From Lingula anatina (lineage: Eukaryota > Animalia > Brachiopoda): a DNA stretch of 64,000 bases. The translations under genes and the position numbers were made by a program. Positions 25,928-49,806 of this stretch are shown piece after piece. The notes beneath the pieces are model-generated. The model was given only the letters and a program-made list of their open reading frames with translations. It had not been told where the DNA came from and did no database searches. Location of the stretch: assembly GCA_051362555.1 (NCBI GenBank), contig CM120641.1, forward strand, positions 41,980,401-42,044,400, given 5' to 3'. The stretch's first letter is position 1; each line of letters opens with the position of its first letter.

Positions 25928-26335
25928 TCTTCTTGCTATCTGGGTAAATACATGTATATTAAAAAAGAAAACAATGACTTTCACTTTCTGGTGAATTGAA
26001 ACATTTTAGTTTCATATAATGTATGGCTCCCTTCGTTTTTAACGTTAACAGATGCATTTGGCTTTCAAACAGCTATTCATATTTTGACCTAGAACATGAA
26101 AAGCAATAAGCATGAACAAGACAGCGCTATATTTGTTTTGTTTTTCGTGAGCTCGACTCGAGCGATCAGCTGATTACGATTTTTCTCGCTTTAGCCGGCA
26201 AACTACGGGGCAAGAGTACATAAACAGGCATACAGACGGCAGCTCAGCTCTTTGTTTGTTTTAAACTAAAATACACGATGCAAATATCGAGTAGTGCAGT
26301 TAAAAACAGAAAAGGAGAGAAGAAAGAATATTTAC

Positions 26336-26400
26336 CTTGCGGAGCAGTCCCATCTTGCATATTGCATTATGGGGAAACCAGGCAGGTGCGAGTCGCAACC
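26336..26400 (-). other. Putative first (non-coding) exon / promoter-proximal region of ANKIB1
   Basis: Strong donor CAAG|GTAAAT (GT at 26335-26334), YY1-like CAAGATGG just upstream, and locally CpG-rich DNA (26140-26400). It lies just downstream of the presumed Dmrt 3' end. The link to ANKIB1 is an inference. Confidence 0.4.
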
Positions 26401-28510
26401 AACACAATCTTTCAGAGAAATTGCATGTGAATGTGTTGTGATGTTTGTCACATCTAACACACTCGGTCTTTTTTTTATTCATTTTCTATTTTAAATAAAA
26501 CAAGACAGTTTAATATTTTTACATTATAATGGTCACCTCCTTTTTGGCATACAAGAATAGGTGGTGAGTAGTATGTTAAGTATGGTCATAAAAATAAAAA
26601 TACAAAAATTTAAGGGAGAATTAAATGTCAAATTCATTTGACTGAGAAAATGTGCTACAACCAATTCATGTACGTTTTAGGAACTTTATTCTTCAACTCT
26701 TACAGAAATGTCTTTAAAATTTTGAACAATAAATGTAACAAACATTTGAATATAACTAACCTTTTAAAGCCAGCATGCCAATTGTTATTTTCTATATGCT
26801 AAAATAAAATGTAACCTTATCTACTGAAAAACAAATATAACTAAATTTGTACATGTACATCTCTATATCAAGAATTACAAGGAAGGGGACACAAAATGCT
26901 TACAAAGGAGGAATAATATTCTAACCCTGCCTGAAATATCCCCATTATCATATAGCATGAAAAATCCACCACCTCTCTATGTTTTTTCTAATGAAAAGAT
27001 GGAATATTTCCAACCCTGCAAATAATTAATCAAGATAAAACGATTAACAAGCATTCTATTTAATAAGCAAAGAACAAGCACAACATCCTAGCTACACAAA
27101 AATCTCAAGGTACAAGAAAAACGACAACAAAAGTTATTCAACTCCATTTTTGTGAATCAGAAAAAGCTTATTTAAAAATAAGCTGAAGTAATGCTCCCCA
27201 CTACAATACAAACATGTTTTTCAAGTTAAGATTTTCGTAAAATTCAAATCATCGTTCTAAAATAAGCTGAGAACTATAGTATTCAACTACAAATCATCTC
27301 AATTTCAACACCATCCATGTGAGAAAAATTCACAAAAAAATTAAATAAACGTACAACTACAATGTAGGCTGTGAAAACTCCAAATGTCTGTCAAGTTGGT
27401 TCATTTCTCATGATTCCTCATCAGAATTCTTAAATGATCAAAAAGATAATACTGTTTTACTTCACAAAAAGCAAGTATGAAAATATAAATAATTTATCCT
27501 AGTTCAAATAATTTTTCTCCTAGCTCCAATAATTGTTTGATCATTTTTTCAAAACTTCAACAAATAAAAACATTTAAATCTGGAGCTTATTGATTTGCAT
27601 CTCAAGAGCAAATCATATAAACAGTATACACTATTACTATTTGTACATACAAAAAACAAGAAATGATCAAACTCCCCTTACACAACAATTGTTACAACTC
27701 TTAAAATACAACAAAAGACACTTTTCCATTGATATTCACTGGATTCAAGTCTTTTATGTAGTTTGTAAAAGTCCATCAAAAACACAGGTTATTAGAACAT
27801 TAAGTAAACACTACTGTACTGAAAACAAATGATTTTTTCCATTCCCTGATATACTGTATCTTAATATATTTTCTGCTATCATCTCTGACAAACACTTGTT
27901 TATTTCTCATTTTCAATGTTCAGGTGTTATTTTAGGAAAAACTATAATATAATTTCCCAACTTTGAAAAAAGGGGCACTCTTATACACAAAGTACCACTG
28001 CCAGCACGTCACCACTGCCTGTCCTCACTTTCACAGCAAGAAAGAGATGTTATGCAGATCAAGGTCATGCAATAAAGGTCAAGGCCACCATTTGTCACAG
28101 TCAAGGTCACTCTGGTGTTGGCTCTTGGTCACTATATCCACTGTCACTAAGCAAATAAAAGGCTTTTGTTTAAAAGTTTGTAAAATTGGTATGCACAATA
28201 TCAATATAATGTTTGAGAACTTTTATTATGTAATGTAACATTTCTCACAGGCTTTAAATCCTTCTATACTGTAAGTCAATATTTACTATACATGTGAACT
28301 GTGTCCATATTATTTATTCAATGAAAATTCTTTTGAAACATCATTTTTTAAAAGTCAACAGTTACTGTAATCTAATTTTTGTGATAATGTACTTGTCAAA
28401 TTATTGAAATTAATCTACATGTAATTTTTAATGCTAAGGTACGTACCAACGGTACGTATCAGTAACTTGTTTCTTTAATATATTATTGATTAACAGGTTA
28501 TTAATATTTC

Positions 28511-30818
28511 CTACCCCATGTCAGCTTTTCCTAGACGTGGAGCCCTCTTTCTCTCAGCATCCTCACACCTCGGTTGCTGTTGTTCAGGGGTGCCTAAGGT
28601 GTCCATCTCCTCAGCTGGGTGCATCTCGATGACCAACTGATCAGAGTCGGAACAGGACGAAACTGGGGAATGGTCAATCCCTGGTTGACCAAAATGGTCA
28701 GAAGCAGTCATGTTGCAAGAGGAAGATGGGGTATCAATCTGAGCTGTAGTGGACGTAGCGGACATCTGTGAGTCCATGCCATTACAGTCCAGTAATCTTG
28801 TTGGTGAGTAACCATTCTGTGGGCTGGACTGGCTACTGTTGTGGATGACCTCTAGGGAGCTTGACTCTGATTCTGTGCCACCGCCAATCTGGTCAGCCTC
28901 AGTCTTGACCACAGCATCAAATATTGCAGCACTGGACTCCTCCCCATAGGACTGACATGCAGCGCCACCTACACCTGGGGCTGTATTTGCTGTGTTGGCA
29001 TAGTTCGAGTCTGTGCCCTGGTCCGTGCTGGCGGCCATAAGTGCTGCACCAACAGGTATGCTTGGACTGTAGTGGACAGGGGTTGGGATGGGTTGGAAAG
29101 ATGACCCCAAACTGGCGAACTGGTGAGATCCTACACCACTTGTGGTGCATGAAGATGACCCTGGACTGATCGGCTGACCAGAATAAAACGGACCTCTCTG
29201 GTGCTGAGGCACTGGCTGTAACGGGAAACCACCATTGCTTGGGGACATAAGGGAAAAATCGAAGGTGGAATCACTTGAAGAGGGGTAGAGGTTGTTAACG
29301 AACCTGTTACTAGAGGTGCTGAAGGGGAACTGGGTTTGTGATCCTGGGGGAAGGTAGGGGGTTGACCCTGGGGCGGCACTGGCAGGATAGTTACACAATC
29401 CCAAGGATTCACCAGTCGGATAACTTGAGAAGGGTCCAGGGCTGCTGGGATCTCCACTTTGAAAGTCTGCAATTCTTGCTGTGAGAAGTGAAAATGAACA
29501 AAAAATAAATACAATGAAAAATGTAAATGCACTGTATCTAAGAACACGTAATAAATATGCATTTGCTCAAAGTTCCAACTAAATAATACTTATAGATCAT
29601 AAAGCAACACATTATTTTTGTTAAGATGATATGTAATAAAATCCCAATAGGTACTTTTATATATTAATTTGTCAACATTTCTTAGTTTGACCAGATAAAA
29701 CCGAAAAATTGGTCAAAAAGCATGTCCTCAGACTGACCCTAATCTTGAAGAAATAATAAAATAAATAAATAAAATAAATAAATAAAAAAATGCAAAATGG
29801 GCTATGGGTTTGACAATTGGGAGAAATTAACCACTGACCCTAGGAAACCCCTTAATGCTTGTGTGTTTATGCTCTACAACCCCCACATTGTGGATTTGAA
29901 ATCTTCCCAAAAAGATATTTAACAACCAAAAACAAAAATATCCTGTTTACAGTTAGAAAGTTGCCATCCATTAACTATCTGATCAATTTTGCCTTGCCTA
30001 AACATTGGCTAAATTGTCAATTACTAGTATACTAAAATCAAAGAATTCCTTACATTCAGCCACCTTTTGACATGCAGACAGAATGTCATTATTTGACAAC
30101 TTCAGAGCTGCTTGCAGGCGTATGGGGTTCTCGCCTGGAAACACCTGCATCAGCAATTCTGTGGAACTCAGTGATGCACCTAACGTGAAAAGATTGATTT
30201 TAGTTCATTTTAGTTGAGATAAAAAAGCACAATGAGTCAATTGCTTCAACTTGCAAAACTAAAATGCTCAACTTTTCACATGTACAAATCAGTAAACAGG
30301 CTTAAAAAAGGATAAATCCACACTATCTGTTACAAGTATGCACCTGATCTACAGTTATTTTATTTTATGTTAAAACCGTTAAAGAAGTTCAAAATTAATT
30401 AAAAGTAGGCTTATTATTTGAGCCTGAGAAATATGCTTTTTTTCTTCACCTTACATCAGGAGGGTACTGGTATGACTAACTTTTTTCAGTGAAATATTAA
30501 CCATTTTGTACCTTGACTACAGGTGTTGGCAGGACGCTGGTATTCTTGCAAGCCCATCGTCTCATCCAGTTCCTGGTGTCTTTTCAGCGCCACCTGCTTA
30601 GCCATTATCTTCTGCCTTTCTTTGATAAGGAGACAGGAATTGCAGGAGCACTCACGAAACTGGCAGTAGCGTTTGTGGCCTTTGAGTGGTTGACAAACGC
30701 CATGGTTGCGACATCTTGCACATTTTGGAGAACGGTTTTTCCTCATCACTTCTTCCAGGTCTTTTTCACTATTTCTGCTTCTTTCTGGGCTGTCAGCAAA
30801 TTTGCGTTTTGAGCTCAT
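28511..30818 (-). CDS. dmrt: Doublesex/mab-3 related (Dmrt) transcription factor, DM domain + DMA-like domain, 466 aa, 3 coding exons
   Basis: Exons 30818-30512 ([55 protein letters not shown]), 30179-30054 ([36 protein letters not shown]-like) and 29478-28511 (Ser/Pro-rich tail). Two phase-1 GT-AG introns; total 1401 nt. A probable upstream UTR exon ends at 31428 (CAGG|GTAAGT), with an acceptor at 30862-63. The paralogue cannot be fixed without a tree. Confidence 0.93.
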
Positions 30819-31429
30819 TGTTAGGGATTCTTTCAACTGTTTCTTTCTTTCTTTTTCTTTGCTGTGCATATAAACATAAAATCAATAATTTTATTTGTAA
30901 TTGTAAATGAGGCATCAATTAAAACTATCCTTTCCACAGTAAGGCTACTGTATACACTGTGGAAAGCATAAAAATTTAATAAGAAGGATTTAAGATATTT
31001 CTCATAATAATGTTTCGAAATTGAATGTCTTAATTATATTCACAGTAATTTTTTTCTTTTTTTCGTCTGTTGGACGTATGTTTTCCAGCATGTTTTTAAC
31101 GTAATGTACCTCTCTTTTTTTATATAAAATAATTTCATATTCTTAGTGGGATATGGCAACTTTATACTTCATTTAAACATTTTAATTAATGAATAATTTG
31201 TTTTCTTTTCAATCAACTGTATCAATCTAGACTATTCCACCAGACAGCGTGGCGCCAGCCTGCGCGCGGCCACAGTATAAAATTGTCGCTATATCTATAC
31301 CTGTATTCGTTTTAAAGAATTGAAGAGTTTATAAAACAATCTAACAGCCGAAGTTTTTGTCTTTAAAAAGTCTTATAGGTGTACCTTTCAATACAATGAA
31401 AAAAGAAACAGAAGAAAAAACACTTACCC

Positions 31430-32147
31430 TGTAAGCTAGGGTTGTTGCTTTCTGCTGTAGGATATTTATCTAGGTCAGTGAAATGCCAATCAAATGTACA
31501 GGAAATCTCTTTCAAGACTGACAGTTTGACGGTGAAAAGGTTACAATGTTGCATTTGTCACTAGCTCAGTGGCTGCACTAGGTGACCTAAAGATGGTACA
31601 ATGGGGGGGATTTTCAGGTGGCGGAGAGAACGCAGGGAACGGAGTTACTTGGTTATTTCTGCAGTGTGTGCGAAGTGCCGTTCTGCAACTTGCAAGTGCC
31701 AGCGGAAAAGAGCACCTGCAGCATTGTTTATTTTCCTCTGCTTCAAACGTCACCTAAGTTTTTGCCATGCCATTTTCTTACATCTGAATTTTAAGTCACC
31801 TATCCATATAATTTTTCTATCTTGCTCACTGTTTTTATGGCAAACGTACACGAGGTACGTACTAGAATGTCTGGTTCACTTCGCGCAGGTAATCGAGGTA
31901 ACGTCCAAATACCAATTGGTCTTGTCTTGAATAAAACCAGTTTTGTGATCGCATCGATGCATTGAGTATCCCATTGCACTCCTTGGCAACAAAAAACGAT
32001 CCTGCAGGTGCTGTGAAAAAATAGCACAAATTCAGACCAAAGATGGTGTAGAAACAAGCTCTGTGTTATTTTGAATCAATTTTTTTGAAGAGGTATGGTA
32101 TATTGTTGCTCATATTTATGCTATAGCAAGAAGCTTTAGGCGGTAAA
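31430..32147. promoter_or_regulatory. Putative bidirectional promoter between Dmrt and the WDR49-like gene
   Basis: Divergent genes whose 5' exons lie ~0.7 kb apart. CpG-richer than the flanking gene bodies. RFX X-box-like half site CCTTGGCAAC at 31981-31990. Confidence 0.55.
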
Positions 32148-45398
<13,251 letters not shown>

Positions 45399-47140
45399 TT
45401 ACTAATTATAAGGTTTTTTTATGTTTTTTTTTTCACAGCTATAGCAGTGGACACAGACACAATGTTGCACTGATAATTTTATTGGTAATTCTTTGGAAAT
45501 GAGTTCAGTGTAGTAACTGTCTATGACTTAAAGCTGTTTTAGATCAGTTTTATTTACATATAATATTATATAAATATTCTGTGATGAACTTTGAAGGGTA
45601 AGATTGACAAATGTTGTAAATTCAAAGTTTAACTGATGACCCTAAATATGATGAAACATAAATTATATTGCAGGATATTTTGTTCAGTTTGTAAATATCC
45701 TTAACTCAATATCATATGCCAAAATTAGTAATGCAATTACTACCTCCTGCCTAACAATATATTTTATGTCTAATGAAGTGAGTAATGCACGTTACCCTTC
45801 AGTATTTTTGTCCAAGTGAAGAAAAATTTTTCTTAAAGAGGTTTATTTTAAGGGTACTTTGAATTGAATTGAATTTGAATTGAAATTCAAAACAATGATC
45901 ATCAATAAGTGCATGTGCTAGTACTTTTTATTGGCACAATTTACGGAAAATTGATAATTTTATACAGCTCTTTTAATATTGTTTTGTTTACTTATCATTA
46001 GAGAGACAAAAAATCTGATTATCTGAAAATTATTTTCTTATTTTTACTGAACAGAAAATACTTCATTTTATAAAATCATGGACCAGCTGTAATATGTGAC
46101 TCTTAAAATACCAACAGGGAACTTTCTAAATGTCTTTTCACATTGTAAATAATAACTTAGCAATATAGCTGTACCAGTATTTTTTTTTTTTTTTTTTTGA
46201 GTAATTGGCAAATTGATACCCTGACTATTACCTAAAAGAGATCCCTAATAAGTTATAGGAAGCACTGGGCTTGACATGGTCAGTTGATGAAATTCTGCCA
46301 AAAAAAGCATGATGGGTGCTTTTGGAGAACCACGCAAAAGATTCTGCTACAGGTGTGTTTCTAAGATGGAACACTTGATGTGAAATGTCTTTTTAATATA
46401 AAAGTGTAAATATTTTTCATTACACACGATGTATGCTGTATATGATATGTAAACAAAAAGGGTAAATATTTTTGTACCAGGTATTTCAAACTAAACAATT
46501 TATATGCGAATTGTTGATGCTATAATAAAAAAATACATTTAGGAAAAGTTACTCGTATTAGAATGGTGACCTCTGATATTTGAATGATGTGATAATGTCC
46601 AAGTGAATTATTTTTATGCATATTTACACTGTACTTATTTTGCAACTGTGATGCAGTATAGATGTAAAGCACTGTAGCAGATAAAATAATTGTCAGAAAT
46701 AATTTTCATTAGCTAAATTATGTACAGTTAGTGCTGTAATGGATTAAAATTTTATAGTAACATATGTTGTTTCATTTCTTTTATAATCTTTTTTATTATT
46801 AATTTGTTGTAGCTTTGTGTGGTAAAAAGGCAGCATCATCGCAACTGAAAACGTGTCGAGAACGCGCTGAATGTCGCATCAGAAGGGACAAATACTTTGC
46901 AATGGCGCAAATACATGACGTGGCACCAGAAATGGATATGATACTTATGATACTGTGAACATAGCTTATAATTCACGAATTTGTCTGGTAGAAAATGTAC
47001 CTTGACGCCAATAGAACAATGCACAAATATTGCGACACTTTGGTTCGGCGCGTGAAGGGCATTGATTTCATGGATTGACTTAACGTCCAAACCCAATAAT
47101 AGAGGTGCAAATGAGGTCACGGGCATGCTCTTAAAGATAT

Positions 47141-49101
47141 TGTAACGCGCGAGGTCGCCGCGTCGGCGCACGACCCCGGACGCGACGTGGGAATATGATG
47201 TTGAAACAGGGAAAGTATATCCCGGTCCTTCGAAATTAACAACAAAGGCATATGGTTACAGTTCAAATATTATTATTATACACCAATTTGCTTTCAATAA
47301 AAGAGATATTTCAAGAGATATATACAAGGCCTAAAGCCATAGAGTTCGTAATAAAATCGAGCAACGTTTTTCATGGTATGGTAGCGTAGCGCAAATCAGC
47401 ATCTTTCTTCATGGTAGCGTAGCGCAAATCAGCTTCTATCTTCATGGTAGCGTAGCGCAAATCAGCTTCTATTTTCATGGTAGAAACGACGACCGTTGAA
47501 CGCGGCGGCGTCATCTAGGGGATGGCGACGATATCTTACGCCTGGGGACGGCATAACGACGACCGTTGAACGCGGCGGCGTCATCTAGGGGATGGCGACG
47601 ATATCTTACGCCTGGGGACGGCATAACGACGACCGTTGAACGCGGCGGCGTCATCTAGGGGATGGCGACGACATCTTACGCCTGGGGACGGCATAACGAC
47701 GACCGTTGAACGCGACGGCGTCATCTAGGGGATGGCGACGATATCTTCATGGTGGGCGTCTGTTCAGTTTCTCAGCATTCCGGCTGTTATTCGCAATGGC
47801 AGAGGAGCTCGGTACGCATCACACGGCCGCAGCCGCGGGAACGGAACCTGAATGGGATTCACAGACTGTACCCTCGGTCTGTGAACCTGGTTCGACGACT
47901 CGACTCTGAAGTGGACACGGCGACACTCTCCACCAGCAAAATCTCACGGGTACGGTTCATGCACACAACAACTCAGTCCTGGCACTTTTTCCACCCACGG
48001 GCGGCGAGATCGTAGGGGAACGCTGAGGCCTTCAGTTCAATCAGTGAACATCTTGGCGGCAGTAAACCCCGCGGACCCGGAACCTGTGACTGTTAGCTCT
48101 GAAAGAGCAAGGTTAATCTTCCGTGGCGCATTTCCTGCATTATCTACGCCCTGGACCCGTCTGTCCCATGGGAAGTTCCCAGTCTCGCCTCGGCGGGAGC
48201 GGAGGTTTCCTAGGGGAGCACCGTGATCGAGGGTTAGGACGTCCTTCACCATTACTGTCTCTTTTCGCTTTCCGGTAGCTGCATGCAAAGGGACACGTCC
48301 GGCGGACCGAACTAAAACAAAATAAGAACATAACACTGCCCCGATCATACACGGGGGAACACTGCGCACTCGGGCTGGCATTTTCCCTTCAGCTCCGAGC
48401 TGTCGACGGCGCCTCCTACATGACGTCTTGGACCCGATCAGCCTTTCACCCAAAATCGTCCATGCCGCAGCGGCTTCCTTGGCCAGGATCCTAAACATCT
48501 GCAACCAAGGGATCCCATGATCTGACAGCCACCACTTGTCCTCCGGAGCGCGTCACGGCGAATGCAGTTACAGGATTGCGTTAAGAAACTCGCTAAAAAC
48601 TAACGGTACATGTAGCTGACGTAACTGTCAGCCAAAATACTACAAAAAAAAATAGACTAATCTTCGAAAAGAAAATTTTTCACAATTTTTCCCGACTACG
48701 TCGGGTAGCCCGAGGGCTACCCGCAGCCCGTTTCACTCACTTTTTGTCTCTCTCTTGTGCTTTATGACTGTCACTCAAAGATACTTTCTTTCTTCCCCGC
48801 TTCAACTCGAAGAACTTGAAAGACGCCGCTAACGATCAGCTGAGCGGTTATTTATAGCGACCGTGACGTCATGACCGCAGGTCGCGCGGTCACACTTTCT
48901 GACGGCACGTCGACACGGTTGGAACGTCATTGTTGATTCTTTCCCGTACAGCGGTACAAATCTAACGTTTCTTTCTTTGTATAAAATCATGGGGTATTTG
49001 GCATCTTTTCGTCTTTAAACGGCTCTAGAACGGCAACTAAAGTTGGACTGGTAAATTTTTGTCGGCATCGGTGTAGAGCTATTGGAGCCCCGTTCGTTAC
49101 A
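47141..49101 (-). repeat. 3' LTR (1961 bp)
   Basis: Direct repeat of 54544-56434, longer by exactly one 70-bp unit (offset changes from 7403 to 7333). Confidence 0.96.
47379..47747. repeat. LTR-internal tandem arrays: 33-bp unit x3, then 70-bp unit x3.75
   Basis: TGGTAGCGTAGCGCAAATCAGC.. at 47379, 47412, 47445. AACGACGACCGTTGAACGCGGCGGCGTCATCTAGGGGATGGCGACG.. at 47485, 47555, 47625, 47695. The 5' LTR has one fewer 70-bp unit. Confidence 0.95.
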
Positions 49102-49222
49102 TTGCCCCCATCCTTTTAAAATTGATTCTCCCGAATCAAAATTAGTTTCTTCACAGGAACAACAGAAGCCAAAAAGAAAACGTTCAATTATTTAATGACA
49201 TTCAGAATTTCATACAAAATTC

Positions 49223-49758
49223 TCAATAGTGATACTCCTTTCGGAGTTCAAATCTCCCATCTGGGTACTTAATTCTTCTAACAATTATCAACCTCTTGGG
49301 TCTCAGAGGCTCTTCATCATCTGGATCGTCGTCTTCATCATCATCTTCTTCTTCATCTGTCCACTCTGTGGGAGGTGACTCTGGGGGATCTGAGAATTTG
49401 ATGTTCTTCCCTCCAGGGGCTGGTCTGCTGTAAACTTTGGGTAGTATTGGCTTCAACTGCACGCCTTCTTTTTCCTCCTTCACTGCAGGTGGGTCTAGCG
49501 CAGGTGTTGACTCTTCTGGTGATTGTTCCAAAGATGCCTCTTCTTCCAGGCTGACCTTCACTACCAAGGGGCTATTGATGTGTGCAATTTGTACAGTGGG
49601 TAGAGGATGCCGCTTTTGCAGATGTTTTTCCAGGTAGTCCTTGTTTATCAGTATCCTGTGGCACAGATTACAGAATGCATGGATTTCTTGCTCATGTTTC
49701 CTCTTCTTGTCTCTTTGAGTGAAAGAGGCTTGGCATAAACGACAGGTCAGCAAGGGCA
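49223..49758 (-). CDS. ORF3 of the LTR element: two C2H2 zinc fingers + Pro/acidic region + basic tail (178 aa if spliced)
   Basis: CRLCQASFTQRDKKRKHEQEIH and CNLCHRILINKDYLEKHLQKRH; acidic run DEEEDDDEDDDPDDEE; basic RPKRLIIVRRIK. No ATG; preceded by the acceptor TTTTTTTGTCACGTTTCAG (AG at 49760-49759). Confidence 0.8.
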
Positions 49759-49806
49759 CTGAAACGTGACAAAAAAATAGAATTTACATTTTAATTGTAC
49801 GTCCAC

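Larger units (their letters stand above)
17087..25944. mobile_element. Non-autonomous CACTA/EnSpm (CMC)-like DNA transposon carrying two nested LTR elements
   Basis: Imperfect ~35-bp TIRs: left CCCAGATAGCAGGACGGCATTGGGCCAACGTTGGC, right reverse complement CCCAGATAGCAAGAAGACGTTGGGCCAACATTGGC. TA on both flanks (17085-86, 25945-46). Dense subterminal TTGGCCCAACG arrays at both ends. No transposase seen. Confidence 0.8.

Noticed and set aside
47131-47140. TTAAAG next to the LTR as a possible Kolobok-type transposon end interrupted by the insertion
   Set aside because: No matching inverted terminus was found on the other side (56435-57400).
47379-47747. Regularly spaced repeats resembling a CRISPR array
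   Set aside because: No unique spacers, head-to-tail units, eukaryotic LTR context and no cas genes.
48037-48504. 155-aa minus-strand ORF inside both LTRs (also 55370-55837) and smaller LTR ORFs
   Set aside because: No recognisable motif, GC-rich sequence where open frames arise by chance, and the duplication is explained by the LTR. It cannot be fully excluded without homologues.
49223-49759. ORF3 as an envelope gene
   Set aside because: Too short, with no signal peptide, hydrophobic transmembrane segment or fusion-peptide pattern; it has C2H2 fingers instead.
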